From contig QZKC01000083.1 in assembly GCA_003599425.1 (NCBI GenBank), positions 10,372-74,371 on the forward strand: a DNA stretch of 64,000 nt. Direction: 5' to 3'. The notes beneath the pieces were generated by a model. It had not been told where the DNA came from. It did not search any database and saw only the letters and a list, made by a program, of their open reading frames with translations. The position numbers and the translations under genes were made by a program. Numbering within the stretch: the stretch's first letter is position 1; each line of letters opens with the position of its first letter. Positions 27,886 to 38,600 of this stretch are shown piece by piece. This stretch comes from Nitrospiraceae bacterium. Lineage in GTDB: Bacteria; Nitrospirota; Thermodesulfovibrionia; UBA6902.

Positions 27886-29448
27886 TTATGGACTGATTCT
27901 CATTGTCATACGTAATCTGATAGGAAAAGCCGCCGTCAGGATCAGAAGTGCTGCTATCGCAGCAATAATACCAGCAAAGACGTCTCCATGTCTTGTATAA
28001 AATGTTTCTCCAAGAGGCGGTGGCACAGAAGCGGTCAGAATGCCCTGGATCATGACCTCATCCCCTTTCTCGTCTGTCAGAACGGCATAGATCCTCCCAA
28101 AGGGATCGATGATGCCGGATATTCCTGTATTAGTAGCCCGTACAACCGCAACCCCATTCTCAACAGCACGAAAAACAGACAGGGACAGAAATTGTCTTGA
28201 TGCAACAGTCTTTCCAAACCATGCCTCATTGCTGAGGTTGACAATAAACTGCGCTCCGGCAAGAACGGATCTTCGAACAAGTCCGGGAAATATGTTCTCC
28301 CAGCAGATAGTCACCCCAAAATTAGCTTCAGGCAGTTTGAATATCTGGGGTTTATCACCTGCCAGATATTTGCTGCCGGGATTGATCCATCCCAAAGGCC
28401 ATTGAATCTTCCCTTCATAGGGGACGTATTCAGCAAAGGGCAACAGTCTCATCTTTGCATATATCGCCTTAAGACGGGCATCCTGATCAAAAAGAAATAC
28501 ATTATTAGTAAGCTTTTCAATTAAGTTTCCATCCTTCTCGTACCTGATATCCGCATCTCCGCTCAACAGCAATGGTTTTTGTATCTTCTTCAATAAATCT
28601 TTCACCGTGCTAAAAATAACCATATCCCTTTCCACATACCCAGGAACTGATGATTCAGGCCATATAAAAAGGTCCGGGTGATTATGCGCGGCTTCTAACG
28701 TCATCTTTCTGTACAGTGTTAATATGTTGTCTCTGAATTCGGGGTTCCACTTTTCGTTCTGTTTGATATTGGGCTGGATCATGGAAACGGTAAGAATACT
28801 TTTATCATTCTCGTCAGACATATTCACTCTGAAGTATCCCCACAGGAATACAGCAAGAATGACAACTGCGATAGCTGGAGCCATCCAAACAGGCGAAGGA
28901 GATGCTGCAAGTTTTCTCTTCTTGCCGAAAAGCCGCAATATGATTTCAGAGACAGCAAAGTTAACAAGGACAATAAGGAAGGAAACCCCGTAAACTGACG
29001 TGTATGACGCAACCTGGATGAGAGGAATGTTAGTGTACTGGCTATGGCCAAGCAGGCCCCAGGGAACAGCAAGAAAAAAAAAGTTAGAACGCAGATACTC
29101 TACAGCTGTCCACAGAACAGGGGCAGCAAATATCATGGGGACGCTTGTCCTTCGGTTGACAAAAGAGAACAATAAACCAAACAGGCCGTAAAACAATGAA
29201 CAGTAAATGATAAAGACAGCATACCCGGCCACTGGAAACCCTTCAACAGCCTCAAGCCATGAAACATGAAGCGCACCGAAAACCCCTCCCATAAGCAAAG
29301 TTAATAAAAAAGCCCGCATATATCCCGCAGTCAACAACAGACTGAAAACCGGCACGAGAGCAATCCAAATAAGGAAATGAAACTCATACGGCGGAAAAGC
29401 AGCATACATTAAAACGCCTGATAAAAAAGATATCAGTATCGTAATCAA
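27886..29448 (-). CDS. lnt: apolipoprotein N-acyltransferase
   Basis: 520 aa. A polytopic N-terminal half is followed by a CN-hydrolase domain with LFIWPESSVP (Glu) and VTICWENIFP (catalytic Cys). Confidence 0.88.
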   Translation of the reverse strand: MITILISFLSGVLMYAAFPPYEFHFLIWIALVPVFSLLLTAGYMRAFLLTLLMGGVFGALHVSWLEAVEGFPVAGYAVFIIYCSLFYGLFGLLFSFVNRRTSVPMIFAAPVLWTAVEYLRSNFFFLAVPWGLLGHSQYTNIPLIQVASYTSVYGVSFLIVLVNFAVSEIILRLFGKKRKLAASPSPVWMAPAIAVVILAVFLWGYFRVNMSDENDKSILTVSMIQPNIKQNEKWNPEFRDNILTLYRKMTLEAAHNHPDLFIWPESSVPGYVERDMVIFSTVKDLLKKIQKPLLLSGDADIRYEKDGNLIEKLTNNVFLFDQDARLKAIYAKMRLLPFAEYVPYEGKIQWPLGWINPGSKYLAGDKPQIFKLPEANFGVTICWENIFPGLVRRSVLAGAQFIVNLSNEAWFGKTVASRQFLSLSVFRAVENGVAVVRATNTGISGIIDPFGRIYAVLTDEKGDEVMIQGILTASVPPPLGETFYTRHGDVFAGIIAAIAALLILTAAFPIRLRMTMRISP

Positions 29449-29567
29449 TTACTTAAAAAAATGATTTGGTTAACATTATTCATCCCAATGAAATCTTGCA
29501 GCAGTTGCAAAGAAAAGGCCTCTTCCACTGAACTGAGAGGCCTCCTGTTTTGCCGGCAATTCACGTC

Positions 29568-30050
29568 TTATTGAGCCTGCAATCTTCTGATAAAGGCATC
29601 AAACTTGATCGTATTGGCATCAGGACGGCTCAAGGTCCCTACGCCAACCAGTTCCAGGAATCCACTGTCAACACAAGGGAAAAAGGCTTCATAATTCTTT
29701 AAACATGCGCCTCTAATTGTAGCAGGAGTCTGGCCGTCCCACACCTGCTGCGTCATCTGCGTGAAAATGACATTTTGACTTTGCGGAACAATGCCGGTAC
29801 ATTCACAATTCTGCTGCTGGGCAACATTACCGGAGACATAGACATTGTTCGTGTCAGGATTGCGGGTCAGCGTTATCTGCCCCCTGTATGCGTTTTCCAC
29901 ATATTCATATTTGACTCCCGGCGTATTACAACCATCGCCAGGTTCACCCGATCTGCCTCCCGCTGCTCCCCAAGCAAGAGAGGCGGACACAGTTAAAAGC
30001 AGTGTAATTAATAGACACATCATGTTTGATCTTTTCTGAAATGTGATCAT
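29568..30050 (-). CDS. small secreted protein, last gene of the giant-protein cluster
   Basis: 160 aa. A signal peptide is present (LLITLLLTVSASLAWG). The mature part has 6 Cys. No family was recognised. Confidence 0.5.
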   Translation of the reverse strand: MITFQKRSNMMCLLITLLLTVSASLAWGAAGGRSGEPGDGCNTPGVKYEYVENAYRGQITLTRNPDTNNVYVSGNVAQQQNCECTGIVPQSQNVIFTQMTQQVWDGQTPATIRGACLKNYEAFFPCVDSGFLELVGVGTLSRPDANTIKFDAFIRRLQAQ

Positions 30051-30127
30051 TTTTTCTATCCTCCTTTTTTATATCATTAACAGCAATTCACTTTAACAAA
30101 TAAATTACTTTCCACCTCCTTCATCCA

Positions 30128-31468
30128 TCAGTTAAAAAAGACGCTAATGTTCGCAGAGACATACTCTGATTTAGTCGTATTATTCGTACCCGCAAAACGG
30201 TTCCTGTATGCCAGGCTCGCTGTAAAGGGGACCGGGAATTTCTTGTCCAGATACTTCTGGATCGTAGAGTAACCAAGTGTGATAATGTACATGTGAGAAG
30301 TCAGGTCAGTCTCCTCTTCCAGCGAAGAATACATCGCATTGCCGCTGCCGTCGACTTTGTCTCTCATTTTAGCAGTGTACACGTACTTAGCCCCTACCGA
30401 AATCTCCTTTGTGATCGAGTAATCACCAAAGACTTCAGCTTCAAAAATGTCCCCGAGGTCCCTGTCCACAGTCTCCTTCCGGTCTGTGAGCGGGAGATTT
30501 ATGTCCTGAGGGACCCTTTTTTCCTCTGAGTCAGGCAACTGGATGTCATATCGCAAGGTAGTATTAAGAAAAAGGTTCTTTATCCCGTTATAGTCCGCAA
30601 AAAGCCGCACAATGATATCTGTCTGCCCGTCACCCATGGGAAGAGCAACAAGACTGTCCGGGTCAGCAACTTCACCTGTAGGAAGGCGGACACCTCCTGT
30701 CGCAGCAAAGCGCCAGTCGTCCTTGTCATAAAACTTGTATTTTGCAAGAACTTCAATATCGCCAACACCTGAATCAGACCAGGTCTCAACTCGTTTGTAT
30801 CCGAAACCTGTTATATCAACTGTACCATTACTGTCAAGATCGAGCCCACTGCCTAAAAGGCCTTGCACATCCTCTGTTGTTAACCTGAAGTCTCCGGTAA
30901 TTCCAAATACTCCAAGCGTACTCTCAATGGAACGCGGGAGCAAGGCCGTAGTATTGGGAATGCTCGTTGCTCCGGCAAAAGCTGCGCATTCAGCCGAGGC
31001 ACTGTTAAAACAGGGGTTCTTGATGACATTGGCGTTCTCGTTATTTACTTTTGCCTTCACTTCATTTTTCGAATAATTATAGGGAATGAGAACTCCTATC
31101 GAAAGATTATCGGTAATGCCATAACTGAAGGCAAACTCCCACCATCTATAGACAAAATTAAAGTCAACTTCTGAATTGCCCAGAGTGGCGCCGCTTGCAG
31201 GAAAAGCAAAGGGCGTGGCAGCAAAGGCCGCTTCCAGCGTGCCCAGGTCGCCAAATACCGAGCTGTTCAAGTTAGTATTATAGTTGACGGCAATATCCTC
31301 CGGTTCACCATCAGGATCATAGCGTTCATCAATATCATTATAATGATAATATGTGGCATCAATATTATAGACTCCTCTGGGGAGAACCTGCGCCGTGTCA
31401 GCAAAACCCACCACAGGAACCAACAATACACATGCAAGCGCAGCAGCTACGGGTACAGTAATTTTCAT
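30128..31468 (-). CDS. outer-membrane beta-barrel protein (MetA-pathway/'transporter'-family-like)
   Basis: 446 aa. The signal peptide ends GFA|D. Amphipathic strands alternate throughout and the C-terminus is aromatic (NISVFFN). The start LPRGVYNIDATYYHY resembles that barrel family. Confidence 0.6.
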   Translation of the reverse strand: MKITVPVAAALACVLLVPVVGFADTAQVLPRGVYNIDATYYHYNDIDERYDPDGEPEDIAVNYNTNLNSSVFGDLGTLEAAFAATPFAFPASGATLGNSEVDFNFVYRWWEFAFSYGITDNLSIGVLIPYNYSKNEVKAKVNNENANVIKNPCFNSASAECAAFAGATSIPNTTALLPRSIESTLGVFGITGDFRLTTEDVQGLLGSGLDLDSNGTVDITGFGYKRVETWSDSGVGDIEVLAKYKFYDKDDWRFAATGGVRLPTGEVADPDSLVALPMGDGQTDIIVRLFADYNGIKNLFLNTTLRYDIQLPDSEEKRVPQDINLPLTDRKETVDRDLGDIFEAEVFGDYSITKEISVGAKYVYTAKMRDKVDGSGNAMYSSLEEETDLTSHMYIITLGYSTIQKYLDKKFPVPFTASLAYRNRFAGTNNTTKSEYVSANISVFFN

Positions 31469-31493
31469 CTTATGCCATCCCTCCTCTTAATGG

Positions 31494-32657
31494 TCATCGT
31501 TCTTTGTTCCTCATATCGCTGTCTTCATCATCTCTACCGCTTATATATTCTTTTTCCTTCTTTAATTTTTTCCACTTCTTCTGTTCTTCTTCCCACTTAT
31601 CGCGATCTTTTTCTTTCTTTTTACACTGCTTCTTCCACTTGTCTTCCCATGCTTTCTGCTGCTTCTTCCAGTTTTTTGGACTCCTGGCTTTCCAGTACTT
31701 TTCATCTTTTGGCTCCAAGGTGACTGTTATTGGTTTCTGCTTCTTCCAGTTTTTGTCTGATGCCTTTATGAAACCACCTAAATATCTGTACTCCTCTGAA
31801 TAGTTAACAAAAGCCATGATCAGATAATTGTCTTTCACAAAGTTCGTAAATAGGGCTGTCCCTGTTGTATCTGTAAAGCCCGAGGCAACTGGTACAAGAT
31901 TATTCCATATCAATGAATAAAGCTCGCCCTTGTCGCAGATTTCCGTATATGTTTCTTCATTAATAGCAACTGATATGTCTGATAATCTGTACAACCGGAC
32001 TGGAAGATTGTCCAGTGCCCCATCAATACCACGCACTTTTACAGTAATTAATGATGCAGGCGCTGGTTTTTCAGGTAAGATCTCAAAGGCCACTTTGATC
32101 GATGTTAGGGGATTAAAAACCCTTATTCCCGGATCATCCATACACCCAAGAGTATTTCCGTCCTGATCTATTTCCAGCTTAAAATATGTGACAAGAGGCA
32201 CCTCTATCTCTGCCTTGCAAAAACCGCACTTTGTCAGATCATAAAAAATACGTGCATCATCTATTACTTTATAGCTGCCCCATCCCTGTGGGATGATCTC
32301 AACGGGCGCGCATTCTCGCCCCTGAAACCAGCGTGGAGGGCCAGGCTCTGCATCTCCTCCTATAAAACTGTTACGTATTATGGTCCCGTCAGGTGCTGTA
32401 TATTTTATGAGCAAATAGAATTCCTGCTGCATAAACCCCTGAGGGACTATGAGATCATGCCCGCTGTTATTAACAACATTCACCTGCATCTTTACCGGTT
32501 CTCCCGGCTGATATTCAGCTTTTGACGATACAAGATTGATCGTTATCGGGGAGTCCTGGGCGCTAACCGCCGCGATCAGCATGAATGACAATACTGTACA
32601 ACCCGCGATCTTTCCAAATAATAGTTTCAGTATCTTCATGTATTCCTCTCGCCTCAT
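31494..32657 (-). CDS. secreted protein with Ig/carboxypeptidase-regulatory-like beta-sandwich regions and a Lys/Trp-rich C-terminal tail
   Basis: 387 aa. Its ATG overlaps the stop of the giant gene (ccATGAgg at 32654-32657). A signal peptide follows the second Met. The last 86 aa carry repeated WKKQ-type units. Confidence 0.65.
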   Translation of the reverse strand: MRREEYMKILKLLFGKIAGCTVLSFMLIAAVSAQDSPITINLVSSKAEYQPGEPVKMQVNVVNNSGHDLIVPQGFMQQEFYLLIKYTAPDGTIIRNSFIGGDAEPGPPRWFQGRECAPVEIIPQGWGSYKVIDDARIFYDLTKCGFCKAEIEVPLVTYFKLEIDQDGNTLGCMDDPGIRVFNPLTSIKVAFEILPEKPAPASLITVKVRGIDGALDNLPVRLYRLSDISVAINEETYTEICDKGELYSLIWNNLVPVASGFTDTTGTALFTNFVKDNYLIMAFVNYSEEYRYLGGFIKASDKNWKKQKPITVTLEPKDEKYWKARSPKNWKKQQKAWEDKWKKQCKKKEKDRDKWEEEQKKWKKLKKEKEYISGRDDEDSDMRNKER

Positions 32658-35600
32658 GGCTCGGATTTATTGTTGATCATGATCTGTCCAAGTGCAAAGT
32701 CACTCAGGAAACCAGCCCTGTCCCAGTTGTTGCTGTATGTATACATCAGACATTTGGGATCGCTCGTATGTCCATTAATACCCAGCGCATGACCTATCTC
32801 ATGGAGTATGGTAAAGGTCTGAAGCTCAAGCGGCGTATACTCTTTGGATATAAGAAGAGCATCATCAACGGGTGGGTTTTCCACATGTCCGTCTCCGTCT
32901 GCATCAAAAACGCTGAAATCATAACCAACTGAGTAATCATTACAAACAGATGTGCATGCCGGCTTCCACCCTGTCATCATGTGATCGCCGTCAAGGACGT
33001 CATTTACGATCAGGCTGTCTTCAGATAGAGTTGTTACAGCACCGGTATACGGATTCATATATGGAAGTATCTCAGGACCTTTTCCGTTCTCTCTTCTTTT
33101 ATCTTCAACAAGATCGATGGGATCAAGAAGCCCAACATATGATGGATTTAAGGGGTTTAAAGATTCATCCCTGTAAGGCCTGTTATATACGTAATGCATA
33201 AGGTTCAAATGGTATGTATAAGCACTCTCTGATTTTCCAGAGTAGGGGTTAAAATGGTAGTGCATTCCATTCCCAATATAACTTGCGCCCTTTGTAGACC
33301 AGGCCCATAATCTCGAGGCAAGATGCACGATATATCCGTTACTGTAACCCATGAGTGTGCTCGTGTCTGTTGTGTTATTGGTAACGATCAGGATGTCGAT
33401 GTTAGGCGGTTCAACTATATTCCCCTGACTGTCTAAAAGCTTCCCAAAGGATGGCATGCGTGTTACATCATGCATGTCGATCCCCGCCTTTTCATATGCA
33501 TTGCCTCCTGTTATATCAGTCCTGAACTCCAGGACATCAGGCGCTGTATTGGGTGGACATGAATTGGCGTAATTATCACCACGAACAAAGAGGTCCTTAT
33601 GCTCTGGATTGAGCCTCTGATGATACGTGCCTGTAACATTGCAATTGCTGTCTGTATTTTCAAAGATGATCCCGCGATACTCTTTGAAGTTGCTCAGTCC
33701 GTCACCGATTAACGTATTGGACTGCGTTGTATCGATATCCTTCAGCCCGTCATCAAGGCCAGAGCCGAATGAGAATGGATTATCAAATTGAAATCCGTCA
33801 GCAGAGTGCTGTTTTTCCCATGCATCCGGCAGAGAGTCCCTGTCTGAATCCAGCGGCAATGTCAAGTCACCCTGTACCGATGTACCGTCAGGCGCAGCAG
33901 ATGTGATCCTGACAACAGCCTGGCCTCCGTAATCAAAGGAATACAGATTCACCGATGCCGTGGAAAGGGGGCTTCCGCCTGCATAGACTGTCGCCGCAGT
34001 TACGCTTCTGTTTATTGCGTTAAAGCTGTAATCATTTGTCGATGGCAGACCAGGGTCGTCTGTATCATTCGTCGCAATACCCGGCAGGCTCGTAGTTATC
34101 AGGGCAAATAACACGTTACCTGAAAAGTTAATGTAACTGTTCGTCCTGATATCTTTTAGCCGGACTTCAACCGTGACCGAATTTCCATCTTCAGGCAGCC
34201 ATGTGCCAGTAACATCAGCGCCCGTGCTGTCTTTAGCAGTAAATTCAACTTTATAAAACGACCCGAGAGGAGTAGGGTCGGGGCCGGCAACAATAGGGCC
34301 TGTGCCGTCCGGGTCACGAGGGCCGTCACTTACAAAATCGTTATCAGTGTCAGGGTCTGCTGGAAGAGTACCATAGGTCAACTCATATGAATTTAAATAT
34401 CCATCGCCGTCAATGTCATCATCACAGGCGTTACCAATACCATCACTGTCTATATCACTTTGATCATTAGCGATCAAAGGACAATTATCTGATACGTCCG
34501 GTGTGCTGTCATTATCATCGTCAGGATCACAAACATCTCCATATTTGTCGCTGTCATTGTTGCTCTGAGAACTGTTTGCATTCACTTTACAGTTGTCCTC
34601 GCCGTCCTTGATCCCGTCACCGTCCGTATCAGCTTTATTGGGATCGGTCTCACCCGCATCTACTATACCGTTACCGTTAGCATCTTCTGCCCGGTTTGAA
34701 AGTCCATCACCATCACTGTCAAGGGTTGCAGGGTCTTGGGTTGAACAGTTGTTCCCGGCACAGCTCGCAGTTGTAGTCCCCTGAGAAGGGGCCTGCTGAC
34801 ACGCATCCCCGATCCCGTTATTGTCGGAATCAGCCTGGCTGGCATTTGCAACATTCGGGCAATTGTCCCGTGCGCCTGTCTTGGGACTGTTAAAGTAAAG
34901 ATTGGCACATATCCCGTCTCCATCCGTATCATTATTGGGGTCTTTGGGACATGGATCAGTGCTGTCAAACTGTCCATCATAGTCGCTGTCATCACAGACA
35001 TCCCCGATACCATCCTTGTCCATATCTTTCTGGGCTGCATTGGAGACGTTCGGACAATTGTCCACACGATCATCAATGCCGTCGCCATCGCTGTCCTGTA
35101 TCGCATCAGGCTGACCATCATGGTTGGAATCAAGGAAGTCCAAACCGTCACAGTTTTCATCAATGCCATTAAAATCCATCTCAACTCCCTGAGGATTGAC
35201 GCTGGCAGCAAGATCATCGCAGTCAGTTTTTGTCATAACGAACCCCGGACGTGGTTTTGCGCACGTAGCATACATCCCGCCAAAGCCGTCCCTGTCGAAA
35301 TCGAAATAATATTTGGCAGATGGATTGGGATCATACAATACTGTCATGCACCCTTTCAACGACTCTATCATCGGCAGGTAGGTACAATACGCTTCTTCGT
35401 TCAAGGGGTTGCCTGAAAGATCCAGGCTTACCAAATTCTTCGCATACTCAAGCCCCATCAGGTCTGTGATTCCGCTGTTTCTCAGATCAAGCGCGGTAAA
35501 CGTCAGCATTTGCGCTTCTGTCGGTTCACCATATATACCCAGTTTGGTTTTAATTGCTTCTTTCAGATTTGTATCAGCAATGAATATTGCTGTACCCTCA

Positions 35601-38600
35601 TCCACCTGTCCATTGCAGTTATTATCTACTCCATCACACATTCCATCAGGTTCGCCGGGGTTAATAGTCGGATCTGAGTCGTTGCAATCTACCGTAGAGT
35701 CATATCCGTCTCCATCAAGGTCAATAGTATCAACCATACAGTCACAGTTGTCATCTTTTCCATTGCCCGGTATCTCTGTTATCTCCGGATTGATTGTCGC
35801 ATCAGCGTCATCACAGTCCGTTCCCTCTGTAACATACCCTGCCCGCTGCTCTGCGCACATTGTGTCCACATCTCCGTATCCATCTCCGTCAAAGTCGTAG
35901 TAGTACATTGTCCCTGCAGGCTTCTCATACATTAGTGCTGTACATGCACTGTTTGACTGAATCTGAGGCAAATAGGTGCAGAAGGCCTCATTGTCCAGAG
36001 GGTTGCCGGTGAGGTCCAGGCTCTTCAGGTTCTTTGCATACTCAAGTCCCATCAACTGCTCTATTCCAAGATAGCTCGCATCCAATGCTGTAAGCTGAAG
36101 CATCAGCGCCTCAGTAGGATCTCCATGTATGCCGAGCTTCTTCTTGATCGCATTTCTCAGATTCGTATCCGCTATGAATACCGCTATCTCTTCGTCTGTC
36201 TCACCGTTGCAGTTATTGTCCACTCCATTACATACACCGTCAGGCTCTCCGGGATTGATCGTCGGGTCCAGATCATTACAGTCATTACCTTTGGCTGCGG
36301 CTACAAAACCGGCACGCGAATACGCGCACGTTGCCAGCATTCCTCCATATCCATCTGCATCGTAATCAGCCTTGTAGTTTGGCGCAGGGTTGGGATCATA
36401 GATGATATTTGCGCACCCGTTTTCGGACTCTATCATCGGCAGATATGTGCAATAGGCCTCGGCATCCAGCGGGTTGCCGGAAAGGTTCAGGCTCACGAGG
36501 TTCTTTGCATACTCAAGGCCCATCAGATCAGTGATTCCTCTGTTGCTCAAATCCAGTACCGTAAGCGTCAGTATCTCTTCTTCTGTCGGGTCACCTGTTA
36601 TTCCCAGAACTTCTTTAATAGCGTTCTTCAGATTTGTGTCCGCTATGAATACCGACATCTCCTCATCCACCTGTCCATTGCAGTTGTTATCTATTCCATT
36701 ACATACTCCATCCGATGCTCCGGGATGAATAGTCGGATCCAGATCATTACAGTCATTGCCTTTGGCTGCGGCTACAAAACCGGCACGCGAATACGCGCAT
36801 GTTGCCAGCATTCCTCCGTATCCGTCCGCATCATAATCAGCCTTGTAGTTTGGTGCAGGGTTTGGGTCATAACTTATATTCGCGCACCCATTCACAAATT
36901 CGATCATAGGCAGGTATTTGCAATAAGCCTCGCTGTCAAGCGGGTTGCCCGTGAGATTAAGGCTCTTCAGGTTCTTCGCATACTCAAGTCCCATAAGATC
37001 AGTGATCCCTCTGTTGCTCAGATCAAGTACCGTGAGCGTCAGCATCTGCTCCTCTGTGGGATCACCCGTTATCCCCAGTGCCTCTTTTATGGCATTCTTC
37101 AGATTTGTGTCAGCAATGAATACTGTAATCTCGTCATCAATCTGTCCATTGCAGTTGTCGTCTATTCCATTGCAATCTCCATCCGATGCTCCGGGATGAA
37201 TGGTCGGGTCCAGATCATTACAGTCCGTTCCGCCTGATGCAATTGAATCATATCCGTCATTGTCAGCATCTGGATCACATGTATCGCCAATCTCATCGCC
37301 GTCAAAATCTGACTGGTCAGTGTTGGCTATATTCGGACAATTATCTTTGCAGTCGGCAACTCCGTCACCATCAGTATCTGTATCTGGAATTCCGCAACCG
37401 CATATGCCAGGCTCTGTCTTTAACGGATCATCAGGACACTGGTCAATGCAATTTTCAGTATCGCCAAAATCGATCATTCCGTCACAGTCATTGTCTAATC
37501 CATCAGAGCAACTCTGCTCAGGAGTCTCTGTGGGGTTGCTTGGCACACAGGTATCTGTTTGAATTCCGACCGTACAGGTCAATTGTCCGACTGATGCGCA
37601 TACTCCAACTCCACACGTTATCGGCAAACCGTACCAGTCTTCACCGGAACCGTCAATCGTTGTATCATTGCAATCGTTATTCTTTCCATCACAAATTTCA
37701 AGTGCTCCGGGATATATCTTATTGTCGCTGTCATTGCAGTCATCACCCGGATATGTCTGGCACCCGGCAGGGACACAAGCAGTTCCCGTACAGGAGTCAG
37801 ATACTGATGAACTGACAAGTCCGTCATTGTCGCTGTCGCAATAGTAGGAAATTGAATAGCCGGTCAATTTATACAGGGATCCAGTAGTCCCACTTTGTGC
37901 ATCTACATCTAAAGCAGCAAGCTTTCCGACACCTACTTGGTACCACTCAAGATCAGTAACAGCATAGTCTGGCAATGATACACACAGGTTGGATTCAACG
38001 ATATTGTTTTGCGCATTTGACTGATACTTACTGTCATACGTTGCCCATAGAATAACACCGGTCAATGACGGATCAATTCCGTATACACTCTTAAGATCAG
38101 GATCAAGTTTATCCCATTCGCGAATCAGAACAAAATTCGTTGGTTCAAATGCATTAAAAAACTGTCCGTCAGTAAAAGTGTCAAACGTCATTGGTGTGAG
38201 ATTGGATGAAACACCGTCTTCGACGTAATCGTATATGGTTACAGAGCTTCCATCGTTATAACTAACCAAATAATTATTCGCGGTTCCTTTGCTGCATGCT
38301 GGATTACCTGAAAATTCAGAACATTCAAATATAGTTTCTGTATATGTATCAAATGGATCAACAGCATTCGTATAGGTCCAGAAACTCCCTAACCCAAGAG
38401 GGAAGTAGGGTGCAAAGCTTATCGGGTTACTTAAAACACCTTCATCTATCTGCCCGTCACAGTCGTTATCCAGACCGTCGCAGATCTCAGCCTGCGGCTG
38501 GTTATTCTGTACGCACGTCTGAGTTCCAGATGCACAGGTTAATGTTCCTGCTGAACATATTCCCGGCACTCCAGTATCACATACTCCATTTGTTGCGCCG

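Noticed and set aside
35213-37222. Regularly spaced repeats that could be mistaken for a CRISPR array
   Set aside because: The period is 471 bp, the units are fully coding within a 14-kb ORF, and there is no short repeat/spacer alternation. No cas genes are in the window.
36125-37237. 370-aa plus-strand ORF, and the family of similar plus-strand ORFs at 35409, 36129, 36474, 36945 and 37186-37815
   Set aside because: They are antisense shadows of the tandem coding repeats of the giant minus-strand gene. Their mutual similarity only reflects the 471-bp repeat. No start signals or domains are present.
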